Source of the DNA: an uncultured delta proteobacterium
Lineage (GTDB): Bacteria; Myxococcota_A; Polyangia; Fen-1088
Direction of reading: 5' to 3'
Length of the DNA: 64,000 nucleotides
Assembly: GCA_963796685.1 (NCBI GenBank)
Contig: CAWCMR010000013.1
Location: 480,001 to 544,000, forward strand
The notes beneath the pieces were generated by a model. The model searched no databases. It was not told where the DNA came from and saw only the letters and a list, made by a program, of their open reading frames with translations. How positions within the stretch are numbered: the stretch's first letter is position 1; each line of letters begins with the position of its first letter. The position numbers were made by a program, and so were the translations under genes. This document shows positions 47,776 to 57,105 of this stretch, one piece after another.

Positions 47776-49432
47776 CTACGTCGTTCCGGGCGGCTTGGGC
47801 AGGTCCACGATGAAGGTGGCACCCGCGCCGGGCGACGATTCGGCCCGCACCTTACCGCCCACCTTGTCCAAGACCTTCTTGACGATGGCCAGACCGGCGC
47901 CGGTTCCCTCGAAGTCCTCCATGCGCACCAGCCGGTTGAACAGCCCAAAAATGCGCTCGTGGTACTTCATGTCGAAGCCGATGCCGTTGTCGGCGACGGA
48001 CAGCCGCCAAACGCCGGCCAGGGATTCGGCCGTGATGCGCAGCCTGGCTGGACGTGCTTGGCGGCTGTACTTGATGGCGTTGTCGATCAGATTGGTCATG
48101 ACCTGGACCAATCCCCGTTCCCAAGCGCGCAGCGTGGTGAAGCGGAGATCCGTCGTCACCTCGATGTGCTGCTCGGTCATGACCAGGTTCCGGTCTGACA
48201 GGATGGCGCCGACGAGGCTTCGCAGATCGATCTCGGTGAGCGAAGGCGTCTCGGCATCCAGCCGCGAATACTGAAGCAGGTCTTCGATGAGGCGGTCCAA
48301 GTTGGACGTGGCGGTGAGAATCTGTGACAAACAGAAGCGGGCACGATCGCTCATGCCAGCGCAGTGCTTGCGTTCGATCTCGTTGGCGTAGCCGGCGATC
48401 CCGCGAAGAGGCGCCTTGAGATCGTGCGATACGGTGTAGGCGAACCCCTTGAGCTCGCTGTTCTTCTCACGTAGCTGCTCGTTGCTTGCATTCAGCTCGG
48501 CCGTGCGCTGTTGCACGCGCTGCTCCAGCTCGAGGTTGAGCTGTTGCAACTTCGTCTCGGCGTTCTTGCGCGCGGTGATGTCGGCGCCGATGCTCAGGAT
48601 CTCCTTCACCTGCCCGTCCGGGTCGAGCACGACCTTGTTGGTCCAGGCGACCCAAACCCGCTCGCCGCCACGTCGCATGTTCTCGTTGACGTTTTGCTCG
48701 AATGCCGCCGGATCCTTGCAGATCTCGTCCATGAGCGGGCGCAGATCCCGACCGCCGCTTTCACTCTCGGGAACGATGGTGCCCATCACGTGACGACCTC
48801 GGATCTCGGCCTCGGAGTAGCCGAAGAAGCGCTGGCCGAACTCGTTGAGAAAGATGATCCGCCCGCCACGCGTCCAGTGCAGGATGATGCTGTTGGCGTG
48901 CTCGACCAACTCGCGATACTTCCGTTCGCTTTCGCGCAGGGCTTGCTCCACGCGCTTCTGTTCGGTCACGTCGCGAATGACTTCGATGGCACCACTTCGC
49001 CGTCCCTCCTGGTCGAATAGGGCGGCCGCCTCGCCCCACAGATGGGCACCCTCACCGCTTCTCAGGCGGGGGGCGAACGACTCGGCGTAGATGACGTCCC
49101 CCTTGCGCCGGACGTACTTGTAGCGAGCCTCCACTTCCGGTGAAGGCATGTCGAGCAGGTCGACGAGAATGGGCCGGCGTTCACCGAAGAACGGCTCGGC
49201 GTAGGCGAAGTCGCCTTGGCCCAGCAGCTCCTCCTTTTTCACGCCCGTCATGAGCTCGCAAGCACGATTCCAGGCAACCACCCGCTTGTCCCGGTCGACT
49301 ACGAAGGTGGCATCCGGGAGAAACTCGAAGGATATTCGCAAGCCACTCTCTCGCATCGGGTGACACCGGCGTGTTGGCCGCCAAGCAAACCTCGCCCGAC
49401 GTTTCATGCACCCCTTTCGTCCCGTCACTCAT
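47776..49432 (-). CDS. PAS-PAS sensor histidine kinase, probable frameshift near 49328
   Basis: Two PAS domains; FAYTVSHDLKAPL; NLIDNAIKY; DNGIGF; the N-terminus ...WLANIL joins EFLPDAT after removing one base. Confidence 0.88.
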
Positions 49433-49580
49433 CGCTCTGTACCCGATTGCAAGGGCAGGATTGTCCCACGCGACGCAGAAATTTGCACGCGGCTATTCCC
49501 CGACGAATCCCACCATGATTCCTCGGGTCTTCGCCGAGACTTCGCCGTCTTCGCGTCTACACGGCGGCTTGGCCCCGGGG

Positions 49581-50582
49581 CTACGAGAGTCTGTCCAGGC
49601 CGCCGGATTCGACGAACGCACCCATGCGCCGGTACTTGTCGTAGCGCTGATCCTTCAAGATCTTGGGCGACAGCGGCATCAGCTCGGCCAGGTGATGGCG
49701 GATCGCGGCCGCCAGGTTTTGCGCCGTCAAATCGAAATCGCGATGGGCGCCGCCGGGAGCCTCGGGAATGATGGCGTCGATCACGCCCAGCCGAAGAATC
49801 TCCGGCGCGGTGATCTTCATGGCCGCGGCCGCATCGGCCTTGCGATCGTCGCTGCGGAAGAGAATCGAGGCGCAGCCCTCGGGCGAGATGACGGAATAGA
49901 CAGCGTTTTCCAACATGAGCACGCGATCCGCAACGCCGATGGCCAGAGCGCCACCCGAGCCGCCCTCGCCGATGACCACCGAGATGATGGGCACGGGCAA
50001 GCTGGCCATGACCTCCAGGCTCTTGGCCACGGCCTCGGCCTGTCCGCGCTCTTCGGCATCGATGCCGGGGAAGGCGCCGGGGGTATCGAGAAGGCACAGC
50101 ACCGGATGACCGAAGCGGGCCGCCAGATCCATCAGGCGCATCGACTTGCGATAGCCCTCGGGCTTGACCATGCCCATGTTGCGCGCCAACTTCTCCTTGG
50201 TCTTGCGCCCCTTCTGCTGGCCAAGAACGATGACCGGGGTTCCTTCGAAGAAGCCGAGCCCGCCGATCATGGCGCCGTCATCGGCGAAACGACGGTCGCC
50301 ATGCAACTCGCGAAAATCCGTGATGATGCGCGCGAGATAGTCGAGGGTATAGGGACGCGCGGGATGGCGCGCCAGCTGTACCTTTTGCCAAGGCGTGAGC
50401 TCGGAAAAGATCCGTTTCTGCAATTCAGCGGCGCGAAGCTCGAGGACGCGAACCTCGCGGGCGAAGTCGTTGGGGCCTTTCGACCGGCTCTTGAGGGCCG
50501 CGATCTTGCGTTGGAGCTCGACGACCGGACGCTCGAAGTCGAGGACGGGGATCTCGGGGCTCTTCTCTTTCCTGCTTGGCAT
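49581..50582 (-). CDS. accA: Acetyl-CoA carboxylase carboxyltransferase alpha subunit
   Basis: LDFERP, ARHPARP, ELHGDR, DTPGAFPG, GEGGSGGAL, YSVISPEGCASIL. Confidence 0.97.
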   Translation of the reverse strand: MPSRKEKSPEIPVLDFERPVVELQRKIAALKSRSKGPNDFAREVRVLELRAAELQKRIFSELTPWQKVQLARHPARPYTLDYLARIITDFRELHGDRRFADDGAMIGGLGFFEGTPVIVLGQQKGRKTKEKLARNMGMVKPEGYRKSMRLMDLAARFGHPVLCLLDTPGAFPGIDAEERGQAEAVAKSLEVMASLPVPIISVVIGEGGSGGALAIGVADRVLMLENAVYSVISPEGCASILFRSDDRKADAAAAMKITAPEILRLGVIDAIIPEAPGGAHRDFDLTAQNLAAAIRHHLAELMPLSPKILKDQRYDKYRRMGAFVESGGLDRLS

Positions 50583-50742
50583 AGGGGCCGCCCATCCTCT
50601 TTCGGCCTAAGTCAACAGTCAACAGATACGCGAACGTCATCATCCCGCGATAGCCGCACGTGTCTCTTTCTGGGCACCAATGCTTTGAATGGATGCAGCC
50701 CAGGATGCGTCCGTAAACTGACCACTATCAAAGGAGTACGCC

Positions 50743-51513
50743 ATGAAGACCATCGCTGGAATCACCTCCATGCTTCTATGCGTCGGAACAGGTGTTTCGG
50801 TGCGCGCCCAGCCGGGCCCCGACGAGCACCGCCGCGAACGTCAGGAAGAGCGGCGTGAGGTGAAGGAACAGCGTCGCGAGGATCATGCGCAGCAGCGGGA
50901 AGTTCGGCGAGACCAGCGCGAGATACGCCGGGACGAGCACGAACAGCGGCACGACGTGGTGAGCGAACGCCACGAGATGCAGCGCGAACAACTCCACGAA
51001 AACCATCCCGGACGGATGTATCGCGTCCGGATGGCGCCGCCGCCGATGCGGCGCGAGATTCGACCGCTGGCACCCTCGCCAAGACACGTTTGGGTAGGCG
51101 GCTACTGGGGCTTCGAAGGAGGCCGGCACGTCTGGATCGGCGGCCGCTGGGAATTGCCACCGCAGCCCGGGCGTGTCTGGGTTGATGGTCGCTGGGCAAA
51201 CGAAGGTGGGGAATGGGTATTCACTCCCGGCTATTGGTCGACCCCCGCCGCTCCCCCCGCACCGGTCTACGCACCGCCACCCGAGGTGTCCGTGTCCATC
51301 GCACCGCCACCTCCGCGCTCCGAGGTGGCGCCCCCGCAACCAGGACCAGGATACTTCTGGATCGCCGGAAGTTGGCAATGGGACGGCCGCCAGCAGGTGT
51401 GGGCACCGGGACACTGGGAAGCGCAGAGGGCCGGCTGGTTTTGGGTTCCCGCGCACTGGGAACGCGGGCCACGCCATTGGCGCTTCCGTCCAGGCCACTG
51501 GCGCCCCCAGTAG
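50743..51513 (+). CDS. Secreted YXWGXW-repeat protein
   Basis: AAGGAG RBS; signal peptide; charged R/E/H coil; repeated WVGGYW / WIGGRW / WVPAHW units. Confidence 0.85.
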   Translation: MKTIAGITSMLLCVGTGVSVRAQPGPDEHRRERQEERREVKEQRREDHAQQREVRRDQREIRRDEHEQRHDVVSERHEMQREQLHENHPGRMYRVRMAPPPMRREIRPLAPSPRHVWVGGYWGFEGGRHVWIGGRWELPPQPGRVWVDGRWANEGGEWVFTPGYWSTPAAPPAPVYAPPPEVSVSIAPPPPRSEVAPPQPGPGYFWIAGSWQWDGRQQVWAPGHWEAQRAGWFWVPAHWERGPRHWRFRPGHWRPQ

Positions 51514-51522
51514 GCGCCTGGG

Positions 51523-53274
51523 CTACGGCAAGGTGATGCGTCCCGGGGCGCTGTTGGCACCGTTTTGGGTGTGGCAGGTGTTGCAGTCGCCGGTGCTTGC
51601 GGTGCCGGACATCGCCCGCTCGAGACCGGTGGAGCTCACGACCTTGGCCTGGTAGGGCGGCGGCAGCGTGGTCGAAGAATAGAAGTTGCCGGCCGAGTTA
51701 GGCGTCAAGGTCAGAGCGGTGCCGTTGCTGCCGGTGACGACCACCTTGGCGCCGGTGCTCCCGTTGACCCCGTTGCAGTTGTCGGGTTCATGTCCCGTCG
51801 GATAGAGCGTCCCAGCGATGACGAACTTGGGCGCCTCGCCACCCGTACTACCGTGGCAACTGATGCAGGCTTGCCCCGGCTCCATGGATGAAGATCCGTT
51901 CGTGCCTCGGGTCCAGGTGGTGTTGCTGGTACAGGTAGGCGGAGCATTGAGCGGGTCCGATGGAGGCGGGCCGGCGTCGCCGCCGCACGACCCCGACGGG
52001 TAGCCACTGTTGATCCAGTTCTGCATGGTCGTGATTTCTGCCGACGTGGCCGGTGATGCCGGAGATGGCGGCATGGGCGAGGTGGTGCTCTGCATTCGTT
52101 GCAGGGCGGTTTGGGCCTCCGTCATGGCGGTGTTGGCCGGATCCGGTTTGGTCAAATCGGAGTAGGTCATGAGCGACCGGGGCGCCCCGCCTGAAGGCGT
52201 CGTGCCATGGCAGCTGTCACAGCGATTTACCAGCAGCGTCTGCACGTCGCAGGGCAAGGTGCCGCCGGGTACGCCGGCGTCCGCGACGCCTCCCGAACCG
52301 CCCGAGCCAGGTTGGCTGGTTCCGCCGGAGGCGCCTGAGCCCCCGCTGCCGCCGACGCTGCTTCCGCCACCGCCGCCATTGCCACCGACGCCGCACGAGC
52401 CGTAGGGGTAGCCGCTGCCGATCCAGTCCTGCATCATGGTGATTTGTGCCGACGTCGCCGGCGATGCCGGAGATGGCGGCATGGGCGAGGTGGTGCTCTG
52501 CATCCGTTGCAAGGCGACCTGGGCCTCGGTCATGGCGGGGTTCGCCAGATCCTGCCTGGTCAGATCGGAGTAGGTCACCAGCGAGCGCGGCGCACCGCCC
52601 GACGGGGTCGTGCCATGGCAGCCGGCGCACGTGCTGGCCAGGAAATTCTGGAGGTCGCAGGGCAAGCCCCCACTTGTGCTGCCGCCTGTGCCGGCCTGGC
52701 CGGAGCCGCCCGCGCCGCCACTCGAGCCAGAGGGGTTCGATCCACCGCCTCCACCTGCCCCGCTTCCGCTGCTGCCGCCGCTCCCTGCCTGCGTCGAGCC
52801 TCCCGTACCCGCTGCACCGCAGGTCCCCGTGGGATAATGGTTATCGATCCAGGTTTGCAGCGTTGTGACTTCCGTCGCCGTGGGGGCGGTCAGCGGCGAC
52901 GGCGGCATGGGCGAGGTCTTGTTTTGAATTCGCTGCATGGCGGCCTGCGCCTCGGTCATGGAGTTGTTCGTCATGTCTGGTCGGGTCAAGTCGGCGTAGG
53001 TCATGAGCGAACGCGGCGCCCCACCTGTGGGAGGCGCGCCGTGGCAGCTGGAGCAATACTTGACTACAATAGTCTGGATGTCGCAGGGCAACCCCTGGCT
53101 GGCGCTCCCACCCTGCCCGCTCGACCCGCTTTGGCTCGATCCCCCATTGCCCGAGCCGCCCGCGATGCCGCCCAACCCGCTGATCGATGGGCGGCGATCG
53201 ACAAGACTGATCTTGTCGCACCCGCCGAGCACCAGTACCGTCATCAAGACAAAAGCGGTCCAGAATACTTTCAT
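51523..53274 (-). CDS. Five-heme c-type cytochrome lipoprotein with three tandem 92-aa monoheme domains
   Basis: GGAGG RBS; LGGC lipobox; CSSCH, CAGCH, CDSCH, CISCH, CNTCH; Gly/Ser linkers. Confidence 0.85.
   Translation of the reverse strand: MKVFWTAFVLMTVLVLGGCDKISLVDRRPSISGLGGIAGGSGNGGSSQSGSSGQGGSASQGLPCDIQTIVVKYCSSCHGAPPTGGAPRSLMTYADLTRPDMTNNSMTEAQAAMQRIQNKTSPMPPSPLTAPTATEVTTLQTWIDNHYPTGTCGAAGTGGSTQAGSGGSSGSGAGGGGGSNPSGSSGGAGGSGQAGTGGSTSGGLPCDLQNFLASTCAGCHGTTPSGGAPRSLVTYSDLTRQDLANPAMTEAQVALQRMQSTTSPMPPSPASPATSAQITMMQDWIGSGYPYGSCGVGGNGGGGGSSVGGSGGSGASGGTSQPGSGGSGGVADAGVPGGTLPCDVQTLLVNRCDSCHGTTPSGGAPRSLMTYSDLTKPDPANTAMTEAQTALQRMQSTTSPMPPSPASPATSAEITTMQNWINSGYPSGSCGGDAGPPPSDPLNAPPTCTSNTTWTRGTNGSSSMEPGQACISCHGSTGGEAPKFVIAGTLYPTGHEPDNCNGVNGSTGAKVVVTGSNGTALTLTPNSAGNFYSSTTLPPPYQAKVVSSTGLERAMSGTASTGDCNTCHTQNGANSAPGRITLP
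51982..53091 (-). repeat. Three intragenic 276-bp direct repeats
   Basis: Units at 52816-53091, 52390-52665 and 51982-52257, each LPCD...CxxCH...GGAPRSL...MTEAQ...PMPPSP...WI...CG. Confidence 0.85.
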
Positions 53275-53434
53275 GTCGGGAACCTCCAGGAGGGCTCGGC
53301 AAATCTCGTCCACGCGTCTCATGCTTACGGTACCGCCAGCCTCCGAAATTCAGGCGGGCACGGCCCGCGCGTGGCTCGCTGCCGAAATGTCTGGATTTTT
53401 GCCCCCAGCGCGACCGGCAACTAACCTTCGAGCC

Positions 53435-53924
53435 ATGGACAAGCAATTCCTGGTCGATCAGCTCGCCGAGCGTTTGCGCGAATCCGCGACCGTGGCTCGG
53501 CGGGCCGGGCAAGTGGCGGCAGAAGTCGCGCGCGAAGGCGCCACGCCGGCCGAGAAACGCGAGGACGCCCGCGTGGCCCTGGAATTCTCCGGCCTGGCCA
53601 AGGGGCAGGCGGCGCGAGCCGCCCGCGTGGCGGCAAAGCTGCAGCACCCTGGAGATCTTTCGCCCCGCCGAGCTTGCCCCGCGCGGCCCGATCACCTTGG
53701 GCGCCGTCGTCGAGGTCGAGGACGAGGCCCAAGGGCGCACCTTCTTCCTCGCCCCCGTCGGGGCCGGCATCGAATTGACCGGTCCGGGCGGCGACGGTTT
53801 TCTCTCGGTGGTGACGCCGGTCTCGCCCATCGGCAAGGCCGTGATGGGCAAACGCGTCGGCGAGACCGTCGAAGTGATGGTGCAGGACGAGGCCCGCGAG
53901 TGGACCATCACCTACGTGGGCTAG
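53435..53924 (+). CDS. GreA/GreB-family elongation-factor-like protein, frameshifted near 53641
   Basis: MDKQFLVDQL coiled coil joins ITLGAVVEV...VVTPVSPIGKAVMGKRVGE in another frame. Confidence 0.75.
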
Positions 53925-54222
53925 CTAGGCTTGGGCTAGGCTGGCAGAACGTCTTCCTGTGCGACTTCGACGGGCCACGCAGCCGCCGCACGGTGATGGT
54001 GACGATTCACGGGGAATAGGTCTGGGGCCGGCGTGGTGGTCGCCGAGAATCGAACAGGGCATCCCGGCATCCTAGCAAGGGCCGGGCCGCGATCTCGGCG
54101 GTGCTCGGGACGCCAGTTTTTCCACGGAGGACATCATGGACTGTCCGCGAACAAATCGCGAATTCCGCTCGGATAGGTCGGGCGTGGCCGGAGTGATGGC
54201 CGTTCCTGGGCCAGGGCCGGTT

Positions 54223-54239
54223 TTGGCAATTCGTCTGCA
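54223..54239 (+). promoter_or_regulatory. Putative sigma-54 (-24/-12) promoter
   Basis: TTGGCAATTCGTCTGCA: GG-N10-GC spacing, 24 bp upstream of ATG 54263. Confidence 0.45.
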
Positions 54240-54262
54240 CCCGATGAGCTAGACTGGTCGCG

Positions 54263-55837
54263 ATGCCGGAGCGAACCCACCCCAGCGGAAATCCACGGAG
54301 GTGCCTTTCGGTTCTCCCGAAATGGTCCGTGTGCTCGCTTGCGACCGTTCTCTTCATTCCCCTTGCCTGCGGTGGCCTGGCTGAAAAGCCCGGCACCTCG
54401 GGGGCCGGAGGAAGCGAGGGTGGAGTGCTTGGTAGCGGTGGCGCGTCTGACAGCTCTGGAGGAGCGACTGGCAAGGGCATGGATAGTGGCTACGGCGATG
54501 CCAGCGATGGCAGCGGAGAGTCGGATGTGGCCGAAGATGCCGGTCCACTCGACAGCGACGAAGGTGAATCCGGGCTCGAAGGTGAAGCCGGACCTACGGT
54601 TTTCGAGTTGCGCGGCGCACCGCTGTCGTTTGCGCCGACCTCGCACGGGTTTGGGCTTAATGCGGTGCTCGACCAAGGAGATCCCTCGCTGCTTCGCGCG
54701 CACGTCCGCGCCGAAGGCTCGACAACTTGGACCGCCGTGACGGCCCCAGTCGTTCGCGCCAGCGATGTCGCCGAGTGGCACCTCGATGGACTGGCCCCTG
54801 GCGTTCGCTACCAGTACGAAATCCTGGCCCCTGCCGAGGGCGTGGATAGCCCGCTCTATTCGGGCCACGTCGTGACCCAGCGACCGGCAGGTGATTCGTT
54901 CACGTTCGCGCTCATCACGGACAGCCACATCGGCGCGGATCTGAGCTTCTCCAACCAGGGCAACCCGCAGACTCTCGAACAGGTCAGCGCCGAGGCCGGC
55001 GCAGCCCAGCCGGACTTCATGATGAACCTGGGCGACATGCTCGACTTTCACGAATACGGCTTCAACGATCCCCCTCCCAGCGGCTCCGTCACCCGGCTCG
55101 CCTACCTCAACTACCGCACGCTGCTGGGCGATACCTTGGGCAGAACCTCGCACTATGCCGTGATCGGGAATTGGGAAGGAGAGAACGGTTCTTACACCGC
55201 GGAGGAGATCGCGCGCTCCCAACAAGAACGACTTCTCTACTTGCCGGGCCCTGCGCCGACCACCTATTCGGAAGGCGGCAGCCCCAACCAGGACTACTAC
55301 GCCTTCACCTGGGGCGACGCCCTGTTCATCGTCCTCAACGTGATGTCCTACACCCCCACGGTGCACCTCCTGAGCTCCGACCCGGGGCTTCCGAATGATT
55401 GGACCCTGGGCGACCAGCAGCTCAACTGGTTTTCGGATACCCTGGCCGGCGCCACCGCCAAGTGGCGATTCGTCTTCATCCACCACGCCGACGGGGGCGC
55501 CGCCGGCGACGCCGCGGACTCGGCCTACGGTCGCGGCGGGGGGCAAGCCGCCCACGTCGGGGAGCAGGCCACCCTCCACCAGCTCATGCTCCAGTACGGC
55601 GTTCAGATCTTCTTCTACGGCCATGACCACGTGTTCACCGACATGCAAGTCGACGGCATCCACTACACGCTGCCCGGCAGCGCAGGCGCGATCTGGATGT
55701 TTCCCCAGAGCCAGACCGGCTACGCCCAATCCTGGCTCGAATCCGGCTGGGGGCGGGTCACCGTCAGCCCGGACTCCGTCGATGTCCAACTGGTCAAGAT
55801 GGGTGGCGGCGTTCTTTACGAATACACGCTCCCGTGA
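54263..55837 (+). CDS. Lipoprotein metallophosphoesterase (FN3 plus calcineurin-like, purple acid phosphatase-like)
   Basis: PLAC lipobox; GLAPGVRYQY FN3; TDSH, LGDM, GNWE, FIHH, GHDH. Confidence 0.85.
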   Translation: MPERTHPSGNPRRCLSVLPKWSVCSLATVLFIPLACGGLAEKPGTSGAGGSEGGVLGSGGASDSSGGATGKGMDSGYGDASDGSGESDVAEDAGPLDSDEGESGLEGEAGPTVFELRGAPLSFAPTSHGFGLNAVLDQGDPSLLRAHVRAEGSTTWTAVTAPVVRASDVAEWHLDGLAPGVRYQYEILAPAEGVDSPLYSGHVVTQRPAGDSFTFALITDSHIGADLSFSNQGNPQTLEQVSAEAGAAQPDFMMNLGDMLDFHEYGFNDPPPSGSVTRLAYLNYRTLLGDTLGRTSHYAVIGNWEGENGSYTAEEIARSQQERLLYLPGPAPTTYSEGGSPNQDYYAFTWGDALFIVLNVMSYTPTVHLLSSDPGLPNDWTLGDQQLNWFSDTLAGATAKWRFVFIHHADGGAAGDAADSAYGRGGGQAAHVGEQATLHQLMLQYGVQIFFYGHDHVFTDMQVDGIHYTLPGSAGAIWMFPQSQTGYAQSWLESGWGRVTVSPDSVDVQLVKMGGGVLYEYTLP

Positions 55838-55840
55838 CGC

Positions 55841-57031
55841 CTACAGCGGCGGCGAGGCGTTGCGCACCAGATCGAGGAAATACGGTTCGAACCACTTGCC
55901 TGCTTGGGGAGCACCGGGGGCGGCGTCGCGGTTGGCGCACATTCCGTCGTAGCGCGGCTGCGTCGGATCCGATACGCCGTCGGATTCGCCCGGCGGTTTG
56001 ATCCAGAAGTAGGCATCGATGCCGCGAATGGGCTCGGCCACGGGCCGTGCGCCGAGGCCCGCCCCCTTGACGTTGCACCAGCTTCCCCAACTGTGGCGGA
56101 TGCCGCCCTTGCCATTGCGGGAGGTGTCGATGATGAAGCCCTTGCCCGGCATGCCGTACATGCTCAGGGTTTCGGCGAGCATCTTGACGTAGGTGAGCTC
56201 GTTCGGGCAGGGATTGGTCAGGGCCAGGGCGGCGCCGTCGCGGTTGGACAGGTGCGTGTAGTTCGAGACGTTGGTGGCAAAGCCGCGGATCATGCCCGGC
56301 CCACCCGCCTCTTCCAGCACGCTGCGGAACACCTTCGCCATCTTCTCGCGATTCGTATCCCAGCCGAGCCAGCCCGCGTGCGCCGCGTCGAGGTAGACGC
56401 TCACATTGGGCAGGGCAAATCGCTTGATCGCATACACGATGGAGTTACGGTAGGCGGCGGTCGAGGCGGCGCATTTCGGTACGAACTGGTTGGTGGTCAT
56501 GTTGGCCAGCGAGTCGGGCTCGACGATGACCGCGATGGGTTGATCGGGGTGGCTGGCGAACTGCGCGGCGATGGGATCCACGAACTCGGCGCGGTAGCGG
56601 GCCTCACCGTTCTGCTCGACCGACAGCTCGCCGGCCGAGGCGTTGGCTGCGCAATCGCGGTTGGGCAAATCGCAGAGCACGACCACCGCAAGCGTGGGCT
56701 TGCCGCTCGCATCCTGCTGCTGCTTGGCCTCGTCGAGCCAACGTTTCAGGCTGGGCACGCGGGCGATCTCGTCGAGCCAGACCGCCGTCGGATACTGCTC
56801 GACCTTGCGGATGGTGCTGGCCATCTCGGGAAACTTGACCGCCGTGCTTTCGACCTGTTTGACGTAGTCCGGGTTGATGAAAAAATCCACGTCCTTGAAG
56901 GGATTCTTGCCCGAGGTCTCGCTGACGAAGGTCACTTTCGCCGGTTCGTTCTCGCCCTTGTTCAGCTTGCCCCCGCAGGCCGCGCAACCAAGGACCGGGA
57001 ACAGAGACCAGAGAACGAGTTTGTGGGACAT
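55841..57031 (-). CDS. Glycoside hydrolase family 6 (cellulase) lipoprotein
   Basis: PTAVWLD, DLPNRDCAA, VEPDSL, LDAAHAGWLGW, GFATNVSNY, IDTSRNG, WIKPPGESDG. Confidence 0.92.
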   Translation of the reverse strand: MSHKLVLWSLFPVLGCAACGGKLNKGENEPAKVTFVSETSGKNPFKDVDFFINPDYVKQVESTAVKFPEMASTIRKVEQYPTAVWLDEIARVPSLKRWLDEAKQQQDASGKPTLAVVVLCDLPNRDCAANASAGELSVEQNGEARYRAEFVDPIAAQFASHPDQPIAVIVEPDSLANMTTNQFVPKCAASTAAYRNSIVYAIKRFALPNVSVYLDAAHAGWLGWDTNREKMAKVFRSVLEEAGGPGMIRGFATNVSNYTHLSNRDGAALALTNPCPNELTYVKMLAETLSMYGMPGKGFIIDTSRNGKGGIRHSWGSWCNVKGAGLGARPVAEPIRGIDAYFWIKPPGESDGVSDPTQPRYDGMCANRDAAPGAPQAGKWFEPYFLDLVRNASPPL

Positions 57032-57105
57032 GGACAGGCTCCTTCTATGTGTCAAGAGTCGGTGATTTCGCGCCAAGGGTCAGAAATCTCGCACCGCCGT
57101 CTCGC

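Noticed and set aside
15169-53924. Programmed ribosomal frameshifting or pseudogenisation as the cause of the split genes
   Set aside because: No shared slippery motif, essential ftsB is affected and there is no further decay; assembly error is more parsimonious
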